From Squalus acanthias (lineage: Eukaryota), in assembly GCA_030390025.1 (NCBI GenBank), contig CM059435.1, positions 85,126,001-85,190,000 of the forward strand: a stretch of DNA of 64,000 nucleotides, in the 5' to 3' direction. The position numbers and the translations under genes were made by a program. A model generated the notes under the pieces. It was given only the letters and a program-made list of their open reading frames with translations, did no database searches and had not been told where the DNA came from. Of the stretch, positions 10,921 through 23,629 are shown piece after piece (position 1 is the first letter of the stretch; each line of letters begins with the position of its first letter).

Positions 10921-13900
10921 ATAGTGTTTGCAAACATCTAATGTGCCAAATGCATAACTCAACCCTCACCACTGACTCAAACCTTTCCCTGCCCACTGTC
11001 TGGGGCTGAAGCAGATTGTTCACAACCGAGGTATCCCATTCGACCCTGAACTGGGTTTCGAACCCCTATCCACACAGTTACAGAGTTCCTTTTTGAACAG
11101 TCTTTTAGACAGCAAACAAAATTGTCAGTACAACAGCTTTCACACCTTGTGAGGTGGAGCGCTAATGTCTAGGTATTATCATCTTTCTCCACACATTTCC
11201 CTTAACAGTCAGAGAAATCAAATTAGTCTGTTCCATCTGCACATGTCATCTGCCATGAATTGAGACCACTACATTGTCTGATTAGCATGAGCTGTGGTTA
11301 ACATATAAAATACCCATTGTCCTTCAAAATATTGATAAGCCTGGGTTGAAAGGCTGTTGAAGTTTCTGGCCAGACATTCAGCTGAGGTTCTCTGGGAATT
11401 TTTGTAAGAGGAAACATCTTGCATTTTAATTATGGCAGTTTTGAAATAAAATCACAAATATCCCTCTCTGCCACAAGATGTAAACTCTGCTTTTTTCACA
11501 AACACTTCTCAAGCAGCGAATGAGCCACTTAATCAGTATCGCGGTCCAGCTATGGAATATGTACGATTTGGAGAAAATGTTTCACTCCAACAGAGAAATG
11601 CTGGTTTATTGCCATGGCCCTGCATGTGCTGGTAAGCCCAGTAACAGAGCGATGCAAGCACATTTTTGTTAAAAAGAAAGACTTGCATTTATATAGTTGT
11701 TGGGGAAAGCTACCATTTTGGCATGCAAAGAAGGGCAGAAGCTTGTGAATGCTTGAAAGGTGAGGATGCTGCATTCGCCCAAACAGCAAGTGACTGCACT
11801 TCAAAAGTAACTTATTGGTTGTAAATGCTTTGGGATGCTCAGGCACTGCATAATTTCAAGTTCCTTTTTTCTGTGAAGAGACAGTGTGCAACAGATGTGG
11901 AGCCTTGTAATGAATGAAAGTAGCCCAATTGGAATCTGTGAGTATCTTCACTGATAATTTACAAAAGTGACACTTATCATCTGCTATACACATCTAGCCT
12001 TTGCAAATTAAGAATGGCTGACTTGGCATGATAAGTATAAATTTTAAAGCTATGGGTGAAGTACTCATATGTGAATTAATGAAAGTAATCTGATTATGAT
12101 CACTGTCCAAATTATAAACTTCCTTATGCTGAGGGTGGACTGATAATTGCATATTATACCCAATGCACTTCAGATTCAGCACAGGGGGCTAGGCCAGGTC
12201 TGACAAAAGAGGCAAGGCGAGATCTGGCAGTGGACCTTTGCACCCACCTCCCCATCACTAAATCTGCAATTCCTGGAAATGTTTATTGACCATCTCCTCA
12301 GCTGAGAAACTTGATCCTGCATTTCAATAATTGAGTCCAGGAGAACATCCACATCCTGGTTAGTAATGTTTTTCTTTGTAAACATATAAAATAATGGGTA
12401 TTTTATATGTTTGCAAAGATTTTGGCCAATCATTTTGATTCCTATCAGTTTTACCCTCTGCACAGCTAAATGAACTACATTATCATTTTTATACTGGTTA
12501 AACATCTCGTTAGCTGCTTGAGTGATGTGAGAAGATAATTAGTGGTTCATGGCCATTTTTCCACCAGTACCACTAAGTGATTTGGGTTGCATGAAACTAA
12601 CCACAATAAAATTCAGAGCATCCACTACAGGAGTTCAACATGACCAGAAACGGTGCAATTACTTCTTTAGGAAAAAAAATGTTCCCCTAATTTTGATAAA
12701 TGAAAGCTGTTTACTTTGGCAAAAGAAACCAAATAGAGTGTCTGTAAAGTAAGAGAGAAAGCAGAAGGAGCTCTCAGATTTCTTACAGTAAATCAATGAA
12801 CTCCCTGCTCTCACTAACTGGAAAGCATTTCTCCCGTCAGCCACAATTTGCTGTTTTGCCTGTTACATTTCCATAATCAATTCCATTAATATTACGCCTA
12901 AATTCAAAGTCTTTGCAAGAACCTCTGATTTCATGGTTTTTTATTAAATTACCTTGTCTAATGGTTTCCAATTTTGCTTAGTCAAAACTCATCCCACAAA
13001 ACTAATAACTGCATGATGCTACATTCCTAATTCCATTAGAGAGTGAAGTCAGTCGATTTTAGATGCAATTATCGATCTTATTCAATATTGTATTCATCTA
13101 ATATGTACATTTTCCCATGTATAATTGTAGCTGTAATTTAATCATGGAAATGCATTTCTTTGTGAGTTTTAGCACTTGCAGAAGCAGTTTGCTTCCACTT
13201 TGACTCAAATGTTGTCTGTAGAATTTCTGTCTTTATTGAACTGGTGCTGCAATTGTAGCCACATCATATGGGCACTATGGTGAGAGTCTGTGTATTTTTT
13301 AATGATTTTTGGCCAACCATACACTTTGTCCACACACCTAATTTGTAATATTAGAAATTAGCATAATTATGCTCAGGGCAGATGGAACTGAAAATTATAA
13401 AACAGTTTTAGGAAGGATGAACAGAGAAAGCAATGTGCAAAGTATTTTTCTTACTGATTATTATGAGAATAATGGATGATTTTGAGAATAACTTTGTAAG
13501 CAATTGGTTTGTATGACATGTCAAACTATGCAAGTATTAAGTAACTGCTAAACATCAAGTCCCAGAAGATGTGTAACAGCCTTAAGCGCACTCCTGTGCT
13601 TTTATATTTTATATATATACACTACAAAGTCTTCCAGTTTTACCGTTAGTGATTGTTAACTTTACATGCGAACTTTTGTATGGCACAGATAGAGTCTCAG
13701 GCAACAACCTCATCTGGGAGTTCGAAAGGCAGCATGTGCAGCACATGAAGCTTGACATGACAGTTAGAATAGTACAGAATATTGAGGTACAACTACAGTA
13801 GCTTTGGTTTATCTGCAAGCACAAATGACATTTTTGGCATTAATGTTATCCTAATATAATAGAGGACTGTTGGCCTGTCCATATTCTGAGTGTGAAAGAG

Positions 13901-14819
13901 GGTAGAGTCTGGCGTGGAGGGTAATTCAGATCATCACTGCACGGATCATTGAATCATTTTTCAAGGAGAATTTACAAAATTCTGGACAATGTTACCTTCA
14001 GATTTTTTTTTAATAAACTTCCAACTCTAAATAAGATTTGGGGCTGGAAGGAATAATGGTGTTTTTATGTTTCTAATGGTGCGTTCCTCACATGCATGAC
14101 ATTATATAGCTGTCTTTATCTTAAATTACCAAAATGATTCTTCAGAGTTTTTAAGGTATCACTGCATTTTATATTGACAGCATTTCGTTGTGTGATAGAT
14201 GCAAGATGAAATGATAATTCTGCACTGAAACTTGATTCTTTAATGCACTGCAGTTATAAAGCAAGAAAAAAATATTACAGTACTGACATCGTGCATCCTC
14301 AACTTAATATCAAGTGTAAAGTTAGCAGGGCCTATGAATTTCAGGATAATTTGCTTATGAATTACAGGATAGAATTATTAGTAGTAATCATATGTTGTAC
14401 ATAAAGATGGTGCTGAAACTACTTCATATAGGACCATGGGGATAGGGCGGGAAAGTGGAGTTGATGTAGAAGTTTAGCCATGATTTTATTGAATGGCTAT
14501 TTCATATGTTCTTATCCTAAGTTTGAAAGAGAAAATGTGTAGATAATCTTGGGGGGAAATCTGACCAAAGGTATCATCTTGGCTCAGTTCATAGTAGTGT
14601 TGCATCTAAGTTAGAAGGATTTATTAGTGACTATCCTATATTTATGTCCCCTAGTTTTGGTCAACCCATTCCTTAATTTTGGGAGGGTTTTCACACTCCA
14701 ATACTTTGCTTCGTTATTCTTGTTTGCTGCTGGCTTTGACATCATGCCATAAAGGGCTGAGGATGTTTAGTCCTTTGAGGGTTCTGAACATGCTGCATAA
14801 TTGCGATGAGGAAGAGGAA

Positions 14820-15909
14820 TTTGTGTGGGGCCAATAGGTGAAAAGACCTCTTGAGGTGTCTTGGCCACACCTGTCACTATCTCAGGACCTGTATTATAGA
14901 CCCCTCCACATGGATCTACAGATGTCAGAGAAGACCAGTCTTCACCGTCTCATCTTTACCACACAGCCTGCCACAGAGTTGTGCCACCTCTCTATGCAAT
15001 GTCCTGCAGACAGCATCTGGTTCAGGGACGGCTCTTCCTGTAGAAGTGGAGGTTACCACAATATACCAGATCCTTCCAAGCCACTCCACATCAGGCAGTC
15101 TACAGTACTCACATGTACCAAGCAAGTGACAATCACTCTGTGGGGATTGTATCTTGGTCTTGGTGCTTGTGAACAAAGGAAGCTTAAAGACAGAGAATGC
15201 TGAAGGTCCCTTTAGCTGCAACTCCCAGGTCAAGAGAGACCCTTACCTAGATAAGAAAGCTAGGAACCCACATACCCAACATGGGAAACTGCACTCGCTT
15301 GCAGCATTTGCCGGCAGTAAATAACTAGTACTTTGATAACATAGTCTTGCACAATCCTAAGAGGTACAGACTGTGTCTCCAGCCAAGTTAAGAGAATGAG
15401 GTCAACGCCAATGTTCCCTTTATGCTGCGTGACTGCGTGGCCACGCAGCGCTCTGGAGGTCCTGTACAGCCAGCTCACCGGCTTTTAAATGGAAAAACCG
15501 TGCATGCGCGGAATTTTGAATGGGCTGCGCAGCCCAAAAAAAATTAGAGGGAACATTGGCCACCACGATCCCATAGTCAGCTAAAGCAGAGCTAGAATGT
15601 TGGGATAATTTATGACTAGAAGAAAAGAAGGTGAGTATGTGCAGCCTAAGGCAGCTGAATAGTATAAATATAGACCTTTCCCCCTTTGAAAGTTAGAATT
15701 CTCGGGATGGTCGGAAATTCACAGCCTGCTGGCCGCCTGGAGAGCTAGAAATGATCACTCCGGGCCTAGGAACCAGGTTGTATTACTTGCTTGTCATTTT
15801 CTTATTTGTCAAGTTGTATTATAACACTGTTGAGTCAATATATATTAAATCTTGTTGAATAAACCACTTGAGCCTGAATCACGTGGCAGTTATTGTTGAA
15901 GGACTAACA
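14820..15909 (+). mobile_element. Highly degenerate LTR/ERV-like remnant with possible 3' LTR (~15598-15909)
   Basis: ORF 14838-15203 contains ADSIWFRDGSS (retroviral RNase H W-x-T-D-G-S-S-like) and IPDPSKPLHI; downstream block runs TGTT...TATAAA...AATAAA...AACA. Confidence 0.35.
15409..15558. mobile_element. Short hAT-like MITE
   Basis: TIRs CAATGTTCCCT(T/C)TA at both ends; flanking 8-mers GTCAACGC / GCCACCAC (5/8, decayed TSD). Confidence 0.65.
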
Positions 15910-15956
15910 ACCCTTTGTTGCGACAGTAACCATCCGCTTTCAGTCTCTGTCACCAT

Positions 15957-17290
15957 GGCGCGATTTCGCCAGCCGTGGTGAGTCCAGTGCGGCCGGAGCA
16001 GACAGCGGCCTCAAACTCCGCACCCGTCTTCATCCCGCCTCCTCCAAGTGATTTTGCCCTGATTGGGCTTGTTAAGCCCGCCCTGCGAGGTTCCTGGCCA
16101 ATTAAAAGGAAGCGGATTTGATGACGCGTCATCAGCCGGTTTCCTTAAAGGGGCCATGACCACATTGATTTTGACAGTTGTGCGGTTAGTGTTCTACAGC
16201 ATTGAGGTGCTGCAAACACTGACAAGCACTGCACAAAGGTGCACGGCTACACCCAGGCTCTCCCATGACTCCCTCCATATGCTTATGGAGGGAGTCACAG
16301 CACGCAAGGAGGTTCTCTTCCCTTCCAATGGGCAGAAGACACCTCCCCAGGAGACCAACGCAGCCTGGTTGCACATTGCACAGGAGGACACAAGCAGGGA
16401 TGTCGTCAGGAGGACCAGGCTGCAGTGGTGCAAACCTTTCAATTATCTCACTAGATCACGAAACGTTGCTGCAAAGCCACACTCAACCTCATCCTGCTGT
16501 GCCCCTCATCACATCCCCATCACTCTGCCTTCCCTACCCTACTCCTGCACACCTTTACTCACACTAACTTACCTTGCACCTCCACCCATCCCTCTCTATC
16601 TACATTATCACTTCCCCATCTCACTAGCCATCTCTCACACTCACCCTCATCCTACTGCAAGCATACCAACTAACAACACAAAAGGGTAGGCACTTGGGTG
16701 GTTTAGCCAATGTTCATGTGAAGTTTCTGTTAATGTGCTGTCAAACATTGAAATCTTTATTTTGAACATTTTGCGTTCTTGGACAGATTTGTGTGCACCT
16801 TTGGAAGTGGCTTAGTGAGTTGCAGTGAATGCTGAGACATAACGTCCCCCCCCACCCAATGGTGATGAGTGTGAAAGGAATGGCTTGGTCATTGTAGGGA
16901 TGCTTTATGGTAAGGTGTGGGGTGGTGCCAACCTGGTGCATCATGTGGCAGCCAGGGTGTACAGTGTTAAGTGAAGAAAATCTGGACATGGTGAGGCCAT
17001 CGCAGGCATCCCAGGCAGCAATGTGCACGGGTGATGATGCCCTGTGTCCAGTGCAGCATCAGTTGATTGCGGAGAAGGTTGGTGTAGTTGTTGGTGCTGC
17101 TGGTGTGCCCGGTGATGCTGGTGTTGGAGCTGATCATGTTGGTATTCTGAGGACCAAGGTGAGATTTTTTCAAGGGCACCGATGCTGATGGAATAGATGG
17201 CAGGTGAGGTTGAGATGACAGAAGTAATCTGTCAATATTGAGATAGGTTGCTTCAAGGAGGCGACAGTGGATAGAGAGATTACTCCAAAC
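15957..17290 (+). mobile_element. Non-autonomous Harbinger derivative with Myb/SANT exon-1 remnant (~16220-16470)
   Basis: TIR-like GGCGCGATTTCGCC preceded by CAT; subterminal GATTTTGCCCTGATTGGGCTTGTTAAGCCCGCC homologous to the Myb-side end of 4943-9548; peptide PRLSHDSLHMLMEGVTARKEVLFPSNGQKTPPQETNAAW; right boundary uncertain. Confidence 0.75.
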
Positions 17291-17294
17291 ACTG

Positions 17295-17946
17295 CGCTAG
17301 GCCCCTCCCCTTTAATCAGGAGAGGGAGGCCTGTAATACCGCGGTGCTACGTGTCGACGCGCGTGGCGCTGTTGCACATAGCGGTATGGTATTGAATGGT
17401 AGTGCCCCAGGAAGGAGAGGGAGCGCTTCCAGTAGCGCCCCGCCTTCTGCTTGGGGCGCTACCACTCAATTTACAATGCGGGGGGTGCTAACTTTTTTGG
17501 GGCGCTACAAGTAGCGCAGTGAGCACTGGGTCCTGCTGAACCACCGGGAGTGGGGTGCCGGGAAAATTCAAGAGGAGTGCCGGGCTGACTGATCGCGGCC
17601 AGCACCCCGCGTGAGGAGGCGAAAGGGGGCAGGAGCTGGCAGGCGGCCCAATAAAAAAATGACCGCCCAGCACCTGCCCTTTAATTAGCGCCGCTGGGGC
17701 CGCAAAAGCACCACCCTGACCCTGTCAGACATAGCGTCTGAAGTTTGCGGCCGGGGCGCGAGTGGGGCACTGCGTACGGCGATGACATCATCACTGGAGG
17801 CGCAACGCCATGAGGCGCTACCGGCTACTGCCGCTGCTAACCTCCCACTGAATTTTGTGGGCGGCGTTAGCGGCGCTGCGCCTCGGCGCTAGGTGCTTTG
17901 CGCTTCGGCACTAACAGGAGGCGCAAAGCAACCCAATTTTTCCCCC
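17295..17946. mobile_element. GC/CpG-rich MITE-like fragment ending in TIR-like CCCAATTTTTCCCCC
   Basis: Abrupt CpG-rich block with repeated GCGC/AGCGCC motifs; a similar terminus CAATTTCTCCCC occurs at ~38394-38405. Confidence 0.45.
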
Positions 17947-17994
17947 TAATTTCCTTAATCATTATTATAGACGGTAATTTATCGATGAAGTATT

Positions 17995-18215
17995 TTTTTT
18001 TCTTCTGATCCCTTTACCCCTCCTCTCCTGGAGGTGGCGACTCCAGGGTATCGTTACACTATTCCTCTCCCTAGCCCGGGAGTGCTGAGGCCAGTTGTAG
18101 TGTTCATCACTGCAGCTGAGATGAGTTAGCTCAACACAGATCCATGATTGAATCATGCATGGTCCTAATCTGTATGGCACAGTGCCATTCCAGGCACTAC
18201 ATTTACCAACAGAGC
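17995..18215 (-). mobile_element. Old tRNA-derived SINE (LF-SINE-like)
   Basis: Reverse complement reads ...CATACAGATTAGGACC...TCTGTGTTGAGCTAACTCATCTCAGC...ACTACAACTGGCCTCAGCAC...GGGCTAGGGAG; paralogous to ~58640-58790 and ~62015-62125. Confidence 0.5.
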
Positions 18216-18839
18216 AATCATAAAAATTTTAGTAGCTGAGTAAGCTTTATAACCTTAATAGATTTTAATTTATTTTCTGAAATTACAAGACTGCAGTAAA
18301 CTGAAGTTGTCATTTTCAACCAACTGAATTAAAAATAAGATAACTAATGATGGCAATAGTTACTAACAGGAATAGCGGCATTCCACGCGATTGTAGATTT
18401 TTTTCAATTATGCTGTTTTTGGAAGATGTTTTCTGTATGAAAATGCCAACTTTTTAAATTCAAAATAGTGATTCTTAATGAGGAGTGCAGTTTGTGCAGT
18501 TTCCCTTCTATGCTAAAGATAGAGCTCCACCAATGATTGATGTTGGTAAGATAACAACCATACATTAACACCCAACTAAAGGAAGTTGAGAGTTACAATG
18601 GTGCAAACCTTATATGCTCTGCTGGAAAGAATGACGTCTGTTGCTGGATTTTTATGCATGACTTGTCTCCTATTTCAGCAAAGATCTCATTGGGTAATTT
18701 ACTCTTAGTTTTATCAGTACAAGTTTCAACTTCAAAATGTTTTCCAATGGGTTAAGTTTCAGTCATCACATCAGGTACAGATTACAATATATTAAATTAG
18801 ATTGTTTTCAGCCCCTGAAGCTCTGTTTGCATTATCTAC

Positions 18840-19245
18840 AACAACAACAACTTTATCGAGCACCTTAAATGTAGCAAAATGTCCCAAGGTGCTTCACAGG
18901 AGCGTTATCGAATAAAGTTTGACACCGAGCCACATAAGGAGATATTAGGACATGCGAGGTAGGTTTTAAGGAGCATCTTAAAGGAGGAGAGAGAGGTAGA
19001 GACGCAGAGAGGTTTAAGGAGGAATTCCAGAGCTTAGGCCCTAGGTAGCTGAAGGCACAGTCATCAATGGTGGAGCGATGAATATCGGGGATGCACAAGA
19101 GGCCAGAATTGGATGAGTGAGAAATCTCCGAGGGTGCTAGGGCTGGAGGAGGTTACAGAGATAGGGAGGGGGAGGCCATGGAGGTATCTGAAAACAAAAA
19201 AGAGAATTTTAAAATTGAGGCGTTACTGGACCAGGATCCAATGTA
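18840..19245 (-). mobile_element. L2 LINE 3' end
   Basis: Matches the 3' UTR of the L2 at 49400-49710; (TTG)n tail. Confidence 0.8.
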
Positions 19246-19569
19246 GGTCTAAATTAGCTTATGCACAGCTGATACTGGTTGGACACGATCAGGGTTTTCC
19301 TAGTTTACACAACAAGCACATTTGGAACAGCTCAGAGTGGTGATCGGACTGCAATATGAGGGTAAAGAACAAGAAGTTTTTGTTATGAATGGCATCTTTG
19401 TTACTGAAGTAACAACTGAGCAGTTACGATATCGATACAAGTGCACTGGAAGAAAATTAGACAAAAATGTCAAATCCAGTGATAAAAAAGTTTTCATAAA
19501 ATGCAGAAAATCATACCAAATAAAGTGTCCAAAAATCAATATTTTCAGAAGAGACCATGCCCTGAGTCA

Positions 19570-20416
19570 CCTGAGGTGGTAAGGTGAAGCTAGGAATGGG
19601 GTATGTGTCTCGTGTTTGGTACAGATTGTTCATAGGTGAGTGGTTGGGGCGGGGGCAGGAGTCATGCATTGTGTGAGGCTAGTGCTGCAGTTGGTAGGAG
19701 ACGGCTTTTGAAGATGCATTCATGGACCTTGACCACTGGTCTGATGAAATGAAGCTTCTTTGGGCACTGCAGCCAGGTCGTGGGGGCGGCACTGCTGGCA
19801 GAGGCAGCCCTGATGATGTGGCCTCACATCGTTCTTTCTGGAGGGCCTCCTGGCCCATGTGGGTAGAGGACCTCTCTTGCAGTGTTGACCCCCTGCCCAA
19901 AGCTGGAGTGTTGCGTGCGAGACCCTGGGTGCCCCTTCCCTGGCTTGCTGAACCATTTGTGTTAGTGCTGAAGCACTTTTCCCATTTTTTTAGGTGTGGA
20001 ATGCAATTCAGCTTTAAGAGCTAAAGACTCCCATTTGGGAATTCTTTTTAAAGTTTTTGTTTCAGAAGGCAGTTGAGCTGTTAGGGCTAAAAACTGCCTA
20101 TTTTTAAATGATTTTTATTTTTTGCAGTTTAGAAGGTAGTTCCCCTTTACGGAACTGCACTGCTCTCTAAAATGACAGCCTTGCTTTAAGAGAAGGCAGT
20201 TCTTTCTGCAATGAAGCTACGGCCACACTGCATTGGGCCTCCTACCAGGACTACCACCACGAAAATGGCCTTTCACTTCAAGTTTAGCGCTGAGCTAATG
20301 TTAATTAGCAACCAGCGCCAATATCCCGGTCCTGCCCGCGCCATTATTTTTGGCAGCCGTTAACTCCGTCCCGCGGTGGCACCGATAGGTTTCTAGCGAT
20401 CTCAAATTTCTAGGCC
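19570..20416 (-). mobile_element. Harbinger derivative with degenerate Myb/SANT exon 1
   Basis: TIR-like GGCCTAGAAATTT at 20416 (minus strand); frameshifted MVQQAREGAPRVS...REVLYPHGP...TWLQC remnants at 19720-19956. Confidence 0.55.
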
Positions 20417-20424
20417 ATTTCTAC

Positions 20425-23310
20425 AGCCAAACAGGTCCATTCCGGTGTTTATGCTCCACATGAGCCTCCTCCCACCATCTTCATCTAATCCTTTCATTCC
20501 TTTCTTCTTCATGTGTTTATCTAGCTTCTCCTTAAGTGCAACTATGCTTGTGGTAGCGAGTTCCACATTCTAACCACTCTCTGGGTAAAGAAGTTTCTCC
20601 TGAATTCCCTACTGGATTTATTAGTGACTATCTTGTGTTTATCTAGTGGGAGGACAGAGGATTGGGAAAACTTTAAAAGGCAGCAAAAAATAACAAAAAG
20701 ATTGATTAAGAAAGGGAAGATAGATTATGAAAGTAAATTAGCAAAAAATATAAAAACAGATAGTAAGAGTTTTTATAGTTATATAGTTATATAAAAAGAA
20801 AAAGGGTGGCTAAAGTAAATGTTGGTCCCTTAGAGGATGAGACCGGGAAATTAATGGTGGGAAATATGGAGATGGCAAAAACACTGAATGAATATTTTGT
20901 ATCAGTCTTTACAGTAGAGGACACTAAGAATATCCCAACACTGGACAAACAGGGGGCTATAGGGGGAGAGGAGCTAAACACAATCAAAATCACTAAGGAA
21001 GTGGTACTCGGTAAAATAATGGGACTCAAGGCGGATAAATCACCTGGACCTGATGGCTTACATCCTAGAGTCTTGAAGGAAGTGACGGTAGGGATTGTAG
21101 ATGCATTGGTAATAATTTTTCAAAACTCCCTGGATTCCGCTAAGGTCCCGGCAGACTGGAAAACTGCTAATATAACACCCTTATTTAAAAAGGGCAGTAG
21201 ACAGAAGGCTGGTAACTATAGACCGGTTAGCCTAACATCTGTGGTAGGTAAAATTTTGGAGTCCATTATTAAGGAAACAGTAACAGGACATTTGGATAAT
21301 CATAATTTAATAGGACAAAGTCAGCATGGTTTTACGAAGGGGAAGTCATGTTTGACAAATTTGCTGGAGTTCTTTGAGGAAGTAACATATAGAGTGGATA
21401 AAGGGGAACCAGTGGACGTAGTGTATTTAGACTTCCAAAAGGCATTTGACAAGGTGCCACACAAAAGATTATTGCTTAAGGTAAAAAATCACGGGATTGG
21501 GGGTAATATTCTGGCATGGATAGAGGATTGGCTATCTAACAGAAAGCAAAGAGTTGGGATAAATGGTTCATTCTCAGACTGGCAATCAGTAACTAGTGGT
21601 GTTCCACAGGGGTCAGTGCTGGGTCCCCAACTCTTTACAATCTATATTAACGATTTGGAGGAAGGGACCAAGTGTAACATATCAAAATTTGCAGATGATA
21701 CTAAGATGGGAGGGAAAGTAGTGAGTGAGGAGGACATAAAAAACCTGTAAGGGGACATAGACAGGCTAAGTAAGTGGGCAGAGATTTGGCAGATGGAATA
21801 CAACACTGGAAAGTGTGAGGTGATGCACTTTGGCAGGAAAAATCCTAGAGCAATTTATTATCTTAATGGCAAGAAACTGGAGAGTACTGAAGTGCAAAGG
21901 GATCTGGGGGTCCTGGTGCACGAAACTCAAAAGGTTAATATGCAGGTGCAGCAAGTGATTAAGAAGGCAAATGGAATGTTGGCTTTCATTGCTAGGGGGA
22001 TAGAATATAAAAATAGGGAGGTATTGCTTCAGTTGTACAAGGTATTGGTGAGACCGCAACTGGAATACTGCATACAGTTTTGGTGTCCTTACTTAAGGAA
22101 AGACATCCTTGCTCTCGAGGCAGTGCAAAAAAGGTTCACTCGGTTAATCCCGGGGATGAGGGGGTGGTCATATGAGGAGAGGTTGGGTAGATTGGGACTC
22201 TACTCATTGGAGTTCAGAAGAATGAGAGGCGATCTTATTGAAACATATAAGATTGTGAAGGGGTTGGATCGGGTGGATGCGGGGAGGATGTTCCCGATGA
22301 CGGGTGAGACTAGAACTAGGGGACGTAGTCTTAGAATAAGGGGCTGCTCTTTCAAAACTGAGATGAGGAGGAACTACTTCACTCAGAGGGTGGTAGGTCC
22401 ATGGAATATGCTGCCACAAAAAGCTGTAGAAGCTACATCATTAAATAAATTTAAAACAGAAATAGACAGTTTCCTAGAAGTAAAGGGCATTAAGGGTTAC
22501 GGGGAGCGGGCAGGAATTTGGACATGAGTCTAGGTTCGGATCGGTCATGGCCCTGTGGGTAGTGGAGCGGGCCCAGGGACCGTGTAGCCTGATTCTGCTC
22601 CTATTTCGTGTGTGCAATTCTGTTAGATGCAGGAGATGGTTCTGTGATAGATAGTAGATTGGCGGTTAGGATCAGATCAGCCATGATCTTATTGAATGGC
22701 GGAGCAGGCTCGAGGGGCCGATTGGCCTACTCCTGCTCCTATTTCTTATGTTCTTATGTTCTTATGGCCCCTAGTTCTGGTTTCCTCTGCAAGTGGAAAC
22801 ATCTTCTCTATGTCAACCCTATCAAACTCTTTCATAATCTTGAAGACCTCTGTCAGGTCACTCCTCAGTCTTCTCTTTTTATGTTTCCTGATAGATATAA
22901 CCTCAGTGTTCTGGTATATCCTAGTAAATTATTTTGCACCTTCTCCAGTGCCTCTATATTCTTTTTAAAATATGGAGACCAGAACTGTTCACAATACTCC
23001 AAGTGTGGTCTAACCAAGGTTCTATATAAATTTAGCATAACTTCTCTGCTTTTCAATTCTATCCCTTTAGAAATGAATCCCAGTGCTTGGTTTGCATTTT
23101 TTATGGCCTCATTAACCTACGATGCTACTTTTAGTGATTTGTGTATCTGTACCCCCAGATCCCTCTGCTCCTCCATCCCATTTAGACACTTACTTTCCAA
23201 GGAGTATACGTCCTCCTTATTCTTCTTACCAAAATGTACCACCTCACACTTATCTATATTGAAGTTCATTTGCCAATTACACACCCATTCTGCAAGTTTA
23301 TTAATGTCTT
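20425..23310 (-). mobile_element. Older CR1 LINE 3' part (20425-20642 and 22767-23310), split by the younger CR1
   Basis: REVMLNLYRTLVRPHLEYCEQFWSP on the minus strand; sequence is continuous (TTTAT|GGCCCCTAG) when the insert is removed. Confidence 0.8.
20645..22766 (+). mobile_element. Young 5'-truncated CR1 LINE; RT ORF interrupted by an in-frame stop at 21748-21750
   Basis: ORFs 20806-21750 and 21793-22527 are in the same frame; KSPGPDGLHPRVL, YLDFQKAFDKVPH, GVPQGSVLGP, FADD; (TTCTTATG)n tail. Confidence 0.95.
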
Positions 23311-23629
23311 AGAACACTTCCTAGAACAAAGGCAAGATGAGTAAAATAAACACTGGTATTGAATGTTCCTTTAATTTAGGAAGCAAACTTTATTTTAAAG
23401 TAGTGAGAATAGATCACAGCTATGGCAATATAGATTGCTCCTAAAGTAAATTGAGCAATCTGAAAGAAAGGCAGATCATAGAAAAATATCTTGAGCGGCT
23501 TCACACAGGAGAAAATTAGTGGACATTGAGCCTTTGTGGAAGGTTCAGGATAGGTGATTGAAAGCTTGGCAAAGGAGATAAGTTTTAAGAGGATTTTTAA
23601 AGGCAGAAAGAGGTAGAGAGGCAGAATTG

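Noticed and set aside
10111-11023. Cluster of Pro/Gly-rich ORFs
   Set aside because: By-products of G/C homopolymer runs in a repeat; no domain or splice support
12176-12505. Possible minus-strand exon (DVDVLLDSIIEMQDQVSQLRRW...)
   Set aside because: The acceptor lacks a polypyrimidine tract, I recognise no homology, and there are no companion exons; RNA-seq would be needed
19322-19582. 86-aa ORF in unique sequence
   Set aside because: No recognisable motif or convincing splice context; length is compatible with chance
22608-23312. 234-aa ORF
   Set aside because: A chimera of a CR1 3' UTR and the antisense strand of another CR1; not a gene
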